64,000 nucleotides of DNA from Octopus sinensis (GCF_006345805.1 NC_043001.1:87978001-88042000), one strand, 5' to 3'; shown: positions 39,026-52,500, numbered from the stretch's first letter. Notes: a model not told the origin generated them from the letters alone. A program made the numbers and translations.

Positions 39026-40064
39026 ACTGAATCATTAATCCAATAATCATGAAATACCTTTGTGCAGTAAATAACAACAATACACGTTCTGTGTGAATAA
39101 CTTCCAGTTCAAGGTTTTATTCAGATGCAGGACAAATGAATGCGTACAGTAAGTATACAATGTTCAATAAAGATTTCTGGGAAGAAGAAAGGTTTTGAAG
39201 AACTTGCCATGTTCCATGATAACTTTGAGTAAATTGAAATAAATCAAACTAGGAGATTTACTTTCCACAGGTACTAGATGTAGAATACCATGACAAGCTA
39301 CTTGTAGGAAATTAAATATTGAATTCATGTGTCTGGCTCTCTCGTGGTTGTAGTGGACCTTGTTGCATCTTGAAGAAGCAGTTAGAGAAGATAGACCAAT
39401 TTAAACAGGAATGCTCATGATGAGTGTAATGCTAAGTTGTCTCTTATTGCTTGTTCTAAAGCTCTGGAGTAATTGTTGATGTAGATTCAAACAGCACTCC
39501 AAGAACTGAAGACTTCGTGAGAAGTTCACTCATTTTGTTTTTGTTTTTGTAAAATGTTACTCTCTACACAGGTGTATATGTCTGTACATGTGGCTGTATT
39601 GGTTACCCCAATACACATACACTTATACATGTACCTCCTCTACTACAAGACACCTGTAGCTGTCCTCCATAGTTTAGCCTCTTATCACCTGAGGGAGGGA
39701 GAGCAAGATACATCACCTTCACATATGCTCAATGTATTGACATCTTAAATTAGATGTCAAAAGGGCAAGAGAGATGGAATTACATAGAGAGAAATACAGA
39801 TATTTCAAACTTCCAATAGAGAACATATTCTGTAGTTTGTTTCAGGAATGTAAATTGGGTGAGGGTAACTTTATATTAAATACTGGATAGGAACTTGTAC
39901 TTTGTTGACCTTACAGTGAATAAAGGGTTCCAACCAGCCTTTTTTAGATGTCAAGAAATCATGTAGCTGTCAAAGACTGACTGTAGGTCAAGGACAATTA
40001 GAAGGAAGCAATTTAGCTGTTTTACATACCTTCCACCATTGTTACCTCCTCAACTGAGCAAGCA

Positions 40065-40500
40065 GCATAAAGTCAGCAACAGGAGGTCAGTGACATAGTG
40101 TCAACAGCATAGGGTCAAAGGCATAGGATCAGTGACATAGGTTCAGAGACATAGGGTCAGGGATATAGGATCAGTGACATAAGGTTAGTGACATAAGGTG
40201 AGCAACATAGGATCAACAACAGATGGTCAGTGACATGGAGCCAGTGCCATGGGTCAACAGCATAGGGTTAGTGAGACAGGGTTGGCAACATAGGGTCAGT
40301 GACATAGGGTCAGCAGCATAGACTTAATGACATAGGATCAGTGACAAGGTTGGTGATATGGGGTTAGTGACATGGAGTTGGTGACATAGCATTAGAAACA
40401 TTGGGTCAGTGGCATTGGATCATTAACACAGAGTCAGTGACATAGAGTCAGTAACATAAAGTTAGTGAGAGAGGGTCTGTAAAATAGGGTCAGTAACATA
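40065..40500. repeat. Degenerate 14-bp minisatellite (CATAGGGTCAGTGA)n
   Basis: About 30 imperfect units. Confidence 0.85.
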
Positions 40501-40509
40501 ATATCACTG

Positions 40510-40656
40510 ACATGTTGGCACTCTGTCACTTATGACGACAAGGGTTCCAGTTGATCCGATCAAGGGAACAGCTTGCTCGTGAAATTAACGTACAAGTGGC
40601 TGAGCACTCCACGGACACATGTACCCTTAACACAGTTCTCAGGATATTCAGCGTGG
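40510..40656 (-). mobile_element. SINE 3' part (same family as 30400-30550)
   Basis: ccagttgatccgatc...aacagcttgctcgtgaaattaacgtacaagtggctgagca. Confidence 0.65.
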
Positions 40657-41316
40657 AACAAACATACCTTATTGCTTGGGAACAAACATACATTAGATAT
40701 CACCACATTCATTCAATTTTTATTCTAGGAAGGATTAAGCACTAACATTATTAATTAAACTACAACAAAGAAACCACATTTACCCTATATACAAAAACTG
40801 TATCAGTAAATTAATAATTCTATAAGTAAACCTATAACTAACTCCTAAATTATCAAACTAAATAGTAACTTAGCCCTTGAAGTCCATACAGATTGTATTC
40901 CCACCAGTCTTCCATAGTTATTAATATAAAAGTGAAAACTTTTATATTCTAATTTTTCCAAAACAGAACAAACTATGTATGCCCACTTATAGCTGACATA
41001 GAATCAGGCAACTAAAGCCTCAACAACTGGTGGTAACAGGGGTGATAGCAATAGTTGTGGTGTTGTTGTAACAACAAGTATGGAAGACAACTCTTGGTGT
41101 GTTTTAACCTTATTACGACCGCATCAGTAAATCAGTAAAATATAAGCTTTAAGTAATGATGAAAGAGTCATTAAGAATCCCAAAATAATTGTACAAGACT
41201 GTATAGTGGCTGGAGCACGAAAAAATGTTAATAGCTGTTAACAGTCATATACATATATACACATAAAATACATATATCCTACATACATACATATGTGTAT
41301 GTGCGTGTCTGTGTTG

Positions 41317-41354
<38 letters not shown>

Positions 41355-41365
41355 ATATATGTATG

Positions 41366-41400
<35 letters not shown>

Positions 41401-41432
41401 GTATATATAATATATATATATAATATATATAA

Positions 41433-44400
41433 AGAGAGAGACTTGAGACGCCACTATGATAGGTTGCTGAATGAAGAAAATGAATGGGATAAAGAGAGTC
41501 TGCCGAATGTCGACCCAAAAGAGGGAACCAGCAACGATTAACAGTCCTAGTAGATAAGGCAATTAGAAGCATGAAAACAGGGGAAAGCCCCAGGCCCATC
41601 AGGAATTACTGCAGAGATGCTCAAAATATCTGGTGGTGTCGGCTATAGCTTAGTCACCCGTATAGTTAACAGGTGATACACGAGGGGGTCATACCCAATG
41701 ACTGTGTGTAGCAGCATAATAGTCAACTGCTACAAAGGTAAAGGCGACGCCCTAGAGACAAATAACTACAGGGGCATCAAGCTGCTGGATCAGGTAATGA
41801 AGGTTACGGAGAGGGTTGTAGCCGAACTAATTAGAGAGAGAGTTACCTTAGATGATATGCAGTTGGGTTCGTGCCAGGGAAAAGTACTACTGATGCTATA
41901 TCCTGGTAAGACAGCTGCAGGAGAAATACCTAGCCAAAGATAAGCCCTTGTACCTGGCTTTTGTTGACTTGGAGAAAGCCTTTGACAGGGTCCCCCGGTC
42001 CCTTATCTGGTGGTCAATGAGGAAACTAGGGATAGAAGAATGGTTGGTGAGAGCTGTGCAAGCCATGTACAGAGACGCTGCTAGTAAGGTGAGGGTGGGC
42101 AACGAGTACAGTGAAGAATTCCGGTAGAGGTTGGGGTCCACCAAGGTTCAGTCCTCAGTCCCCTCCTATTTATCATAGTCCTCCAGGCAATAACGGAGGA
42201 ATTCAAGACAGGTGCCCCTGGAGCTCCTCTATGCTGATGACCTTGCTCTAATTGCTGAGTCACTATCAGAACTGGAGGAGAAGTTCCAGGTGTGGAAACA
42301 AGGATTAGAATCGAAGGGCCTTAGAATCAACCTAGCCAAAACCAAAGTTCTAATAAGTAGGAAGGTAGATCAATCACAAACGCCTTCAGGTAGATGGCCC
42401 TGCTCGATCTGTAAAAAAGGTGTAGGTAGAAAACTCTATAAGAATGCACCAAGTGTAAGCTATGGACACATAAGAGGTGCAGCAATGTCAAAGGAAGGCT
42501 AACTAGGAAAATAGTTTTTGTCTGTGGCAAATGCTCAGGAGCAATAAACACTGGAAATATGCAGAGACCAACTTCGCCACGTTCCAGGGAGACAAACTAG
42601 AAGTAGTTGATAGCTTCCGCTACCTAGGAGACCAAGTCAGTAGCGGGGGTGGGTGTGCTGAAAGTGTAACTGCTAGAGTAAGAATAGCCTGGGCAAAGTT
42701 TAGAGAGCTCTTACCCCTGCTGGTGACAAAAGGCCTCTCGCTCAGAGTAAAAGGCAGACTGTATGATGCATGTACGTACAGCCATGCTACATGGTAGTGA
42801 AACATGGGCCGTGACTGCTGAGGATATGCGTAAGCTCGCAAGAAATGAAGCCAGTATGCTCCGATGGATGTGGTAATGTCAGTGTTCATAATCGTCAGAG
42901 TGTAAGTTCCTTGAGAGAAAAGCTGAACCTAAGAAGCGTCAGTTGTGGCGTGCAAGAGAGACGGCTGCGCTGGTATGGTCATGTGACAAGAAAGGCTGAA
43001 GATAGTTGTGTGCAAAAGTGCTACACCCTAGCAGTGGAGGGAACCTGTGAAGAGGTAGACCCAGGAAACCTGGGACGAGGTGGTGAAGCACGACCTTCGA
43101 ACTTTAGGTCTCACTAAGGAAATGTCTAGAGACCGAGACCAATGGAAGTATGCTGTTCATGAGAAGACCCGGCAAGACTAGTCAGGCCATAACCGTGGCC
43201 CGACTGGGAGTAGTAGTCAGTCCTGTGCATACCTTCCTTCTTGTGACACTTATGAAGACCTGTTGAGGCAAGTGAAAATCAAATCAAATCAAAACAAATC
43301 AAAATAGATGAACATCAGTGGAATTGTATTCTTTGTGGTACCAGTGCCGGTGGCACACAAGAAAACCACCCAAACGTGGCCGTAACCAGTACCGCATCGA
43401 CTGGCCTCCGTGCTGTGGGCACAAAAACACCATCCGATCGTGGCGTTCGCCAGCCTCATCTGGCACTGTGCCGGTGGCACATAAAGACACCATCCGAAGA
43501 CCCGGCGACGTAGTCAGTCCACCTGTGCATACCTTCCCTCTTATGACACTTGTGAAGACCTGTTGAGGCAAGTGTGTGACACTTGTGAAGACCTGTTGAG
43601 GCAAGTGAAAATCAAACCAAATCAAAATAGATGAATATCAATGGAATTTGTATCTTTGTGGTTCCAGTACCGGTGGCACACAAGAAAACCATCCGAAGTG
43701 GCCGTAGCTGGTACCGCATCGACTGGCCTCCGTGCTGTGGGCACAACAAACAACATCTGATCGTGGCCGTTCGCCAGCCTCACCTGGCACCTGTGTCGGT
43801 GGCACATAAAAACACCATCCAAAGACCCGGCGACGTAGTCAGTCCACCTGTGCATACCTTCCCTCTTATGACACTGTGAAGACCTGTTGAGGCAGAGGCA
43901 AGTGTGTGACACTTGTGAAGACCTGTTGAGGCAGAGAGGCAAGTGTGTGACACTTGTGGAGACCTGTTGAGGCAAGTGTGTGTGACACGCGTGACACTTG
44001 TGAAGACCTGTGAGGGCAAGTGAAAATCAAACCAAATCAAAATAGATGAACATCAATGGAATTTGTATCTTTGTGGTCCAGTACCGGTGGCACAAGAAAA
44101 CCATCCGATCGTGGCCGTTCGCCAGCCACATCTGGCACCTGTGTCGGTGGCAACATAAAGACACCATCCGAAGACCCGGCGACGTAGACAGTCCACCTGT
44201 GCATACCTTCCTTCTTGTGACACTTGTGAAGACCTGTTGAGGCAAGTGAAAATCAAATCAAATCAAAACAAATCAAAATAGATGAGCATAAATGGAATTT
44301 GTATCTTTGTGGTACCAGTGCCGGTGGCACGCAAGAAAAAATCATCCGAACGTGGCCGTAGCCAGTACCGCATAGACTGGCCTCCGTGCTTTGGGGACGT

Positions 44401-44836
44401 AACAAAACACATCCGATCGTGGCCGTCGCCAGCCTCATCTGGCACCTGTGTCGGTGGCACATAAAAACACCATCCGAGCGTGGCCGTCTGCCAGCCTCGT
44501 CTGGCACCTGCCAGCCTCATCTGGCACCTGTGTCCGGTGGCACATAAAAACACCATCCGAGCGTGGCCGTCTGCCAGCCTCGTCTCGGCACCTGTGTCGG
44601 TGGCACATAAAAACACCATCCGAGCGTGGCCGTCCGCCAGCCTCGTCTGGCACCTGTGTCGGTGGCACATAAAATCACCCACTACACTCTCGGAGTGGTG
44701 GCGTTAGGAAGGGCATCCAGCTGTAGAAACACTGCCAGATCTGACTGGCCTGGTGCAGCCTTCGGGCTCCCCAGACCCCAGTTGAACCGTCCAACCCATG
44801 CTAGCATGGAAAACGGACGCTAAATGATTGATGATG

Positions 44837-44837
<1 letters not shown>
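41433..44837 (+). mobile_element. 5'-truncated RTE LINE: RT ORF2 (41433-43181, frameshifted) plus tandemly expanded 3' UTR
   Basis: KAPGPSGITAEMLK, NYRGIKLL, FVDLEKAFDRVP, GVHQGSVLSPLLF, LLYADDL, FRYLG, RRLRWYGHV; stop at 43179-81; tail aacggacgctaaatgattgatgatgat. Confidence 0.95.
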
Positions 44838-44886
<49 letters not shown>

Positions 44887-44910
44887 CATACATATATATA
44901 TATATATATA

Positions 44911-45325
44911 GGCTCAGGAGTGGCTGGTGGTATGTAGCTTGCTTACCAACCGCATGGTTCCGGGTTCAGTCCCACTGCGTGGCATCTTGGGCAAGTGTCT
45001 TCTGCTATAGTCCCGGGCCGACCAAAGCCTTGTGAGTGGATTTGGTAGATGGAAACTGAAAGAAGCCTGTCGTATATATGTATATATATATATATGTGTG
45101 TATGTGTATATGTTTGTGTGTCTGTGTTTGTACCCCTAGCATTGCTTGACAACCGATGCTGGTGTGTTTACGTCCCCATCACTTAGCGGTTCGGCAAAAA
45201 GAGACCGATAGAATAAGTACTGGGCTTAGAAAGAATAAGTCTCGGGGTCGATTTGCTCGACTAAAGGTGGTGCTCCAGCATGGCCGCAGTCAAATGACTG
45301 AAACAAGTAAAAGAGTAAAAGAGTA
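44911..45325 (+). mobile_element. SINE family A, full length
   Basis: Matches the 20760 copy. Confidence 0.92.
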
Positions 45326-45329
45326 ATAT

Positions 45330-45361
<32 letters not shown>

Positions 45362-45389
45362 ATATATATATATATATACATACATACAG

Positions 45390-45428
<39 letters not shown>

Positions 45429-45494
45429 TATATCTGTATTTAAGTATTCCACCAACATTCAAATGCACACATAAATTCAAACATGTTGTGTAGA

Positions 45495-45740
45495 TCTTAA
45501 CTAGAATAGTTTGACATATATTGTAGATATTTACTGGATAGAGAGAGACATAATATGTAAATGTTGACTGGATAGATAGGTGAAGTACTATGTAGATGTT
45601 AATTGGACAGATAGATACAACACATAGATGTTGATTGGATAGACAGACAGGGTGGACAGATGTTGACTGGATAGACACAGAAAAGATGAACAGGTAGGTA
45701 TAGTGTGTAGATGTTGACTAAATAGATAGACTCAGCACAT
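45495..45740. repeat. Degenerate minisatellite (gtagatgttgactggatagacag core)
   Basis: Core recurs about 6 times. Confidence 0.7.
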
Positions 45741-46029
45741 AGGTATTACCTATCTAGTGTCAGACTGTGAAAATATTGCCTCAGTATAAAGACTTTGTAT
45801 ATAAAGTGAAGATAGATGCAGTATGTAGATGTCGCATCTATTGACACAGAATATCAATGTCACTTCATACAATATTTTCCAAATATGCAGAGAAGCCTGT
45901 TTTCTCACTCTGCTATGACGTAAAACCAGAAAATTCATTTTTCTTTTCTTTTTTCTTTTTTTTTCTTTTAGTTGGCTGGGAAACAGTCTCAAACTACATA
46001 GATACACTGCAGCCATACATACACACACA

Positions 46030-46186
46030 CACATAGATACATATAGACACACATTTGCATGAATACAAATATGCACACACTCACACATACCTCTACAGGT
46101 ATCCTAGCACATAGATGTGTGTGTATACATGTGTGTATTTGTCTATCTATCTATCTATCAATCTATCTATCTATCTATTGTATAAG

Positions 46187-46255
<69 letters not shown>

Positions 46256-46340
46256 CAGGAAGCTTTATGAAAATAGACATATACATATATACTATATACA
46301 CATATACATATATATAACATATATATATACATGCATATGT

Positions 46341-46385
<45 letters not shown>

Positions 46386-46542
46386 CTCACACATACATAC
46401 ATATATATGCATATATATATATATACACAAACATACACACATACATATATATATATATATATAAATATGTGTATATATATGTATGTATGTTTGTAAATCT
46501 GTTATACATACATATATATATATATATATCTATATGTATATG

Positions 46543-46574
<32 letters not shown>

Positions 46575-47028
46575 GTGTGTGTGTTTGTAAGACTGTTTAT
46601 GTATAAACGTGTAAATATGTAATCATACTGGGGGTGGAGGCATGTATGTTAAGTTCCAAGCCCCAGAAGTCCCATTTTTGAAAACAATATCTTTTAAAAT
46701 TCTTCCACTACTGCTGAGCAATATCATTTTACCTAATTAACAGAGCCAATATTCATGTGATACAGTGATTGCTGCATACGTTATCCAGGTGAATATTCTA
46801 TGGACTGCTTTAACTGCTATCACTAACAATGTGTGTTCTTCCTGCTTAATGATACATTGCAATATTGCAATAGGAATGAACATGGTTAGGAAGCATTTTA
46901 TTTATGTTGAATATTTATAGGCTGACACTTTCATACACACGTATATATATAATATATACAAATATACAATATTATATATATGGATATATTTTCATGCATA
47001 TATATGTGTGTGTGTGTGTATACGTATA

Positions 47029-47060
<32 letters not shown>

Positions 47061-47201
47061 GATATACGTATATATATATATATATGCGTATATATATATG
47101 TGTGTGTGTGTGTGTCTATATATATATGTATATGTATAAAGCAGATAAACGTACTCATATATGTATGTATGTATACATACATATATATGTATATATGTAT
47201 A

Positions 47202-47237
<36 letters not shown>

Positions 47238-47260
47238 TGTATGTATATGTATATATTTAC
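46030..47260. repeat. Clustered TA/CA/TATG/CTAT microsatellites
   Basis: Direct observation (46030-46580 and 46930-47260). Confidence 0.85.
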
Positions 47261-47495
47261 CTGCTTTGAGTTTTACCATTCTAAAGCAGAAATATTTTAC
47301 AGTCTCCATGACGTTTCTAAATTCTTATGACATCAACAATATCATCATCATCATTTAACATCCAATGTTCCACCTTTCTATGATTGCATGGTCAGATGGA
47401 GTGTATTTGATGCAAATTTTCCATGAATGGATGCTCTTCCTATCACCAACATTCACCTCTCCCCAGCTAGGTAATATATGTATATAAAATAATTT

Positions 47496-47698
47496 GTGGA
47501 AATGTTAGCACACCAGGCGAAATGCTTAGAGTTATTTTGTCTGTGTTTCCGTTCTGAGTTAAAATTCTGCTGAGGTTATCTTTGCCTTTCATCCTTTTGA
47601 TGTTGATAAATTAAGTACCAGTTGCGTATCAGGGTCGATCTAATTGACTGGCCCCCTCCCTATATATTTTGTGACTTGTGCCTAGAGTAGAAAAGAAT
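47496..47698 (+). mobile_element. SINE family B
   Basis: ggcgaaatgcttag...gataaattaagtaccagtt...gggtcgatctaattgactgg. Confidence 0.82.
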
Positions 47699-47700
47699 AT

Positions 47701-48692
47701 GATTGTTGGTCACACCCAGTCAGAAAGTTACCTTTTTCATGTCTATTTTCCTATAAGCAATATAGGTGACTCATGAGACTTGTTGGCTGGATGCACATAA
47801 CATCTTTACTAATGCAGGTAAGAATATAATCTTAGTCAGCAAGGTTATGAAAAATCAACAACTCTGAAACAAAATTCTTCAAAGCGAAAATCCCTCCTGA
47901 GTGAGATGGAGTTGTCTCCTTTTGAACAATTCCAGTTGTGTCTAGAAAGGGTCAGTTTATGTACGATTTCTTTTCTATAGTCAGGGAAAACCATGTCTCC
48001 ATCATGAATTTTCTCTCATGAGTGCACTGACCAAATGTTTCACTTCTAGAACTTAAGAAGACCTCCAGATAAAGCAAATTTTTTAAGATTCTTGCTCTTT
48101 TGACAAAGCAAAGCTTTCATTGTCTGGGCCCATTGAGGTATGGTTCAGGCTGCTCCAGGAGCTTTCATTTAATTCCTCCTCTTTAAAATGCTGAATGTAG
48201 TTGGCCAAAGTTGTAATATTCTGTCACTCTGGGATCCTAAAAGAGGATCTGTGATTATTTAGTTGCAGCTTAAAGGCATTCTCCAGTGCTTCAACATATT
48301 TCTGTGTATGTGTCAATACATAGCTGGTGCTGTTGTTGTTATTCTTGCTGCTGCTATCTCTGCCATTGCTGCTGCTATTGCCAGACATGCTGCTGTTGTT
48401 GCTGTTGCTGATACTGTCATTGCAATTGCTGCTGTTACTGATGGATGCATTCATGGTGCAGCAGGTATTGTTCATGCTGCTATCGTTGCCATTTCTGCTA
48501 TTACTGATAGACACCACCTTTGTCTCATAGACCACAGCCTTCAGTTGCATTGACCACTTTCAGGGCCTACACTGTTAACCCTACATGAGCATTCTGCCTC
48601 CAGTCAGCAGATCTGATGAGTCACCTATATTAGTAAGAACAATGATAGCTATGAAACCAATGGTAACTTTCTGTCTGGCTATAACCAACAAC
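47701..48692. mobile_element. Decayed element bounded by ~90-bp inverted repeats carrying hammerhead-like motifs (putative Penelope-like)
   Basis: 47701-47790 is the reverse complement of 48600-48692; right copy has CTGATGA...GAAAC CAATGG TA with 10/13-bp stem I. Confidence 0.55.
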
Positions 48693-48970
48693 TACAGAAG
48701 ATATTACTGTTCACAAAGTCTTTAAGAGTGTGCTTTTTTGGGACTTATGGATTTATGACTTACTTGTATATATGTATGTGTGTATATATACATATATATT
48801 ACATATTATACATATCATATATACATATATATATATTACATATATATATACATATACATATATATTATATATATATCTATATAAATATATACATATATAT
48901 ATAATATATAATATATATATATATATAATATATATATATATATATTACATATATATATACATATATATAC

Positions 48971-49044
<74 letters not shown>

Positions 49045-49064
49045 AACACACACACATATATATA

Positions 49065-50344
49065 TATGTCATTCCATAAGTCTGTCCAATTACCTTTTTT
49101 AAAATGAATGAAATTTCTTAGTATTTTAGAATATCTAATGGAATTAAACATCTTTTTTGCATTTGTGTACATTTAAACTAATTAAATATTATTTTACAGA
49201 ATGATAAAATTAAAATTTCTTTGATTAAAACCCTTTCTAACATGGAAGTATCCAAAGAGCATTAGAGGCACATAATGCTTTATGAGTACAAAAAAGGAAA
49301 CACTGCAGCTGAAGTCACTCGAAACATACACTCAGTTTATGGGAAAGAATGCTTGAATGAAAGAGCTTGCAAAAGAAGGTTTGCAAAATTCAGAAGTGGA
49401 GATTTCAGCCTTGAAGATGAAGATCGGACAGGACGTCCAGTTGAGGTTGATGATAAGCTCCTTGAAACATTATTTGAAGAAAATCCTGCATTATCAGTTA
49501 AAGAACTGGCAATAAAGCTTAGTTCAAGCCATACAATTGTTCATCGTCATCTTCAAAAACTTGGAATGGTTCCTAAACTTGGAAAATGGGTGCCTCATGA
49601 ATTGTCCGAAAGCAACTGCAAATCCCAAGTTGACATCTGCTCTTCTCTCCATTCTCACGAACTCATTTCACCCTTTTTAGATAGATTTGTGACTGGTGAG
49701 GAAAAATAGATCTTCTATTGAAATGTTAAATGTCGTAAACAGTGAGTTGGTAAAAGGGAAAAAGCTCAACCACAACCGAGAAGGGAACTTCATGGGAAAA
49801 AGGTTCTTCTCTCTATCTGGTAGGATTGCAAAGGAGTAATTCACTTTGAATTGTTACCACCTAATGCAACAATCAATGCTCAAGTCTACTGTCAGCAATT
49901 AGAGCATTTGAACCAAGCTTTGAAGAAAAAAAGACCTGCTTTAGTGAATCAAAAAGGAGTGATGTTTCATCAGGACAATGCGCCACCCCACACTGCAAAG
50001 ATCACATCACAGAAGATCAAAGAGCTTGGTTGGGAAAAAATTTCTCATCCACCTTATTCTGCTATCCTTGCTCCTTCAGATTACCATTTGTTTTGTAGTT
50101 TACAGAATCATTTGGGGGACATAACTTTCGCAAGCCAGGAGGAGGTCGAAACTGACATTTCAGAGTTCTTTGCTTTGAAACCAAAAGAGTTTTACATTGA
50201 TGGGATTAAAAAGCTTGTAAATAGATGGGAGGAAGTCATAGATAATCAGGGAAAGTACATTGATGATTAAATTTCATTTAAATATAACATTTGATCACTT
50301 GTTTCTTTATTCAAAATTTAGACAGAACTTGTGGGATGACCTGA
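49065..50344 (+). mobile_element. Full-length mariner (DD34D) element, transposase 49242-50270 inactivated by five in-frame stops
   Basis: ~25-bp imperfect TIRs (tatgtcattccataagtctgtc / gacagaacttgtgggatgacctga), TA flanks; WVPHEL, HQDNA-(34)-D, YSxxLAPSDYHLF motifs; no frameshift. Confidence 0.95.
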
Positions 50345-50399
50345 TACATATCTATGTATCTATATATATGTATGAATGTATATATACACATATTATATA

Positions 50400-50441
<42 letters not shown>

Positions 50442-50562
50442 TATATATTATATATAGATATATATATATATATATATATAATATATATATATATATATAC
50501 ATGCATATATATATATACATATATACATATATATGCACATAAAACATAAACATATATATATA

Positions 50563-50949
50563 GGCACAGGAGTGGCTGTGTGGTAAGAAGCTTGCTTCCT
50601 ACCCACATGGTTCCAGGTTCAGTCCCACTGCATGGCACCTTGGACAAGTGTCTTCTACTATAGCCTCAGGCTGACCAAAGCCTTCTGGCAGATGGAAACT
50701 GAAAGAAGCCCATCGTATATACATATATGTATATATTTGTGTGTGTGTCTGTGTTTGTCCCTCCACCATCGCAAGACAACTGATGTTGCTTTGTTTATAT
50801 CCCTGTAACTTAGCAGTTCTGCAAAAGAGACTGATAGACTAAGTGCTAGGCTTCCAAAGAATAAGTCTTAGGGTCGATTTGTTGGACTAAAGGTGGTGCT
50901 CCAGCATGGCCACAGTCAAATGACTGAAACAAGTAAAAGAATAAAAGAA
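50563..50949 (+). mobile_element. SINE family A, full length
   Basis: GGCACAGGAGTGGCTGTGTGGTAAG head to aaaagaataaaag tail. Confidence 0.9.
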
Positions 50950-51043
50950 TATATATATGTATGTATGTATATATGTATATAATATATGTATTTATATATG
51001 TACGTAGTAGTGAGATTACCAAGTAAGTTGTAAGATAAGAAAG

Positions 51044-51143
51044 NNNNNNNNNNNNNNNNNNNNNNNNNNNNNNNNNNNNNNNNNNNNNNNNNNNNNNNNN
51101 NNNNNNNNNNNNNNNNNNNNNNNNNNNNNNNNNNNNNNNNNNN
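51044..51143. other. Assembly gap (100 N)
   Basis: Run of N. Confidence 1.
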
Positions 51144-51390
51144 TTATTTCCACTGGCACAGGAGCTAGTCCAGTTACACTGACATTGCTCAAATGGTTTT
51201 TCATGTGTCACTGGCACAAGTGCCAGTAAGGCGACACTGGTAACGATCATGCTCAAATGGTTTTTGTTTTTTACGTGCCACTGGCATGGAAGCTAGTCAG
51301 CTGCTCTGGCAAGGAGCACGCTTCATATGGTGCTCTTAGCACTCCACAGGCATGAGTGCCAGTCATCAAATTTGATTTCGATTTCGAATC
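51144..51390 (-). mobile_element. RTE 3' UTR fragment
   Basis: gtgccagtaaggcgac, tttttacgtgccactggca subrepeats, tttgatttcgatttc. Confidence 0.8.
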
Positions 51391-51589
51391 TGGGAGCAAA
51401 TATGTATAGACACTGGAAATACAAATTCACTTACACAATTATGCATGTATCACAGGGTATTTGGGTTAAATTTGACAGTTGTGCAAAAGGATAAAAAACC
51501 AAACATATTTTTAAAGATTGGTGATTATTATCCCACTGAAAACAAGTGAAAGTTGGCAAGAGGATGGGCATCTTGCTGAAGAAATCTGA

Positions 51590-51880
51590 ACTTATTGACT
51601 AGGTTATGGCTGGGAGATAGCATTTTAATCAGTTGTTGCCCTCAGCTTCCACCATGGTCCTAAGTTGGCTCCAGAACCTAGTGCATGCATCTTCAGTGTC
51701 CCTGGACATCCCCACAAACATAACCTGTGGGAATTAGGAGACTAAAAACTGGGGCTGATGAATTCTTTGACAACCACTTTGACTCTGTCTGAAGGTATGA
51801 TAAAGGTTTGAGTCTTGCTGCTACACATAGGGTCTTCCAGTAGCAACCCAAGTCCCCAGCCTCACATAGCCATATAATTT
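51590..51880 (-). mobile_element. Decayed maT-like (Tc1/mariner superfamily) transposase C-terminus
   Basis: VATGRPYV*QQDS...DACTRFWSQLRTMVEAEG. Confidence 0.6.
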
Positions 51881-52054
51881 GAAATATGTTTGAAGATATG
51901 GGGATGAATTCCAGTGTTCAGATGCAATCCTGCTGACTACAGCTTTGCACTTTTATAATATTCACAGAACAGTGAGCAGCAGTCCTGATGTTGGCATTTT
52001 GAAATCTGGTGCATCTTCCAGTCCAGTTTCATGTCTACTAACTATTCTTCAACT

Positions 52055-52500
52055 ACAGTTCTATATTTAAGAATGAGGAATTATGTACATTATTTGCATT
52101 TGATAGATATTTGTCCTTATCAGGGGAAAATATCTCTAGGAATGAGAAATTTCCCATTCCCTAAGATATTATTAGATGTTATTATACTATTATTATCATT
52201 TAGGTCACTGCTTGGAATAGAACTCAAAATCTTGGGTTACTAGCCCATGCTCTTAACCACTATGCCATATGCCCGTGGGCAATTATGGAGTGAATTTTAG
52301 GGCTTATAAATCTAATATTTTTCTATCCTTCCTCAATACCGGTTCCCATATGCTACTATATCTGCATCAGTCTGCATAGTGGTTTTTGTATCCTAACAAT
52401 AAGCTGCTTCTTTAGTTTGTATTTTCCAGTGGTGTTTCTCTATTATTTTAACTTCATCCACAGGGGGAGGTGGTCTCCATTTTTCCCATACATGATTATT
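52055..52500 (-). mobile_element. Penelope-like element 3' end: GIY-YIG C-terminus followed by tRNA-headed terminal repeat
   Basis: Minus 52495-52330 reads (with frameshifts) HVW...DEVKIIE.HHWKI.KLKEAAY; then tRNA-like TGGCATAGTGG...GAGTTCTATTCC, TAA tract, tail to gaactgtag. Confidence 0.65.

Noticed and set aside
43163-44660. CRISPR-like repeat array
   Set aside because: Units are whole-length copies of an RTE 3' UTR with no unique spacers, no cas genes, eukaryotic context
48300-48500. Poly-Q/poly-Ala host exon
   Set aside because: Q frame is interrupted by several TAG/TAA codons and lies inside the inverted-repeat-bounded element
49242-50270. RIP- or APOBEC-like hypermutation suggested by several TGG-to-TAG/TGA stops in mariner and Tc1 copies
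   Set aside because: Few events; ordinary GC-to-AT transition bias accounts for them
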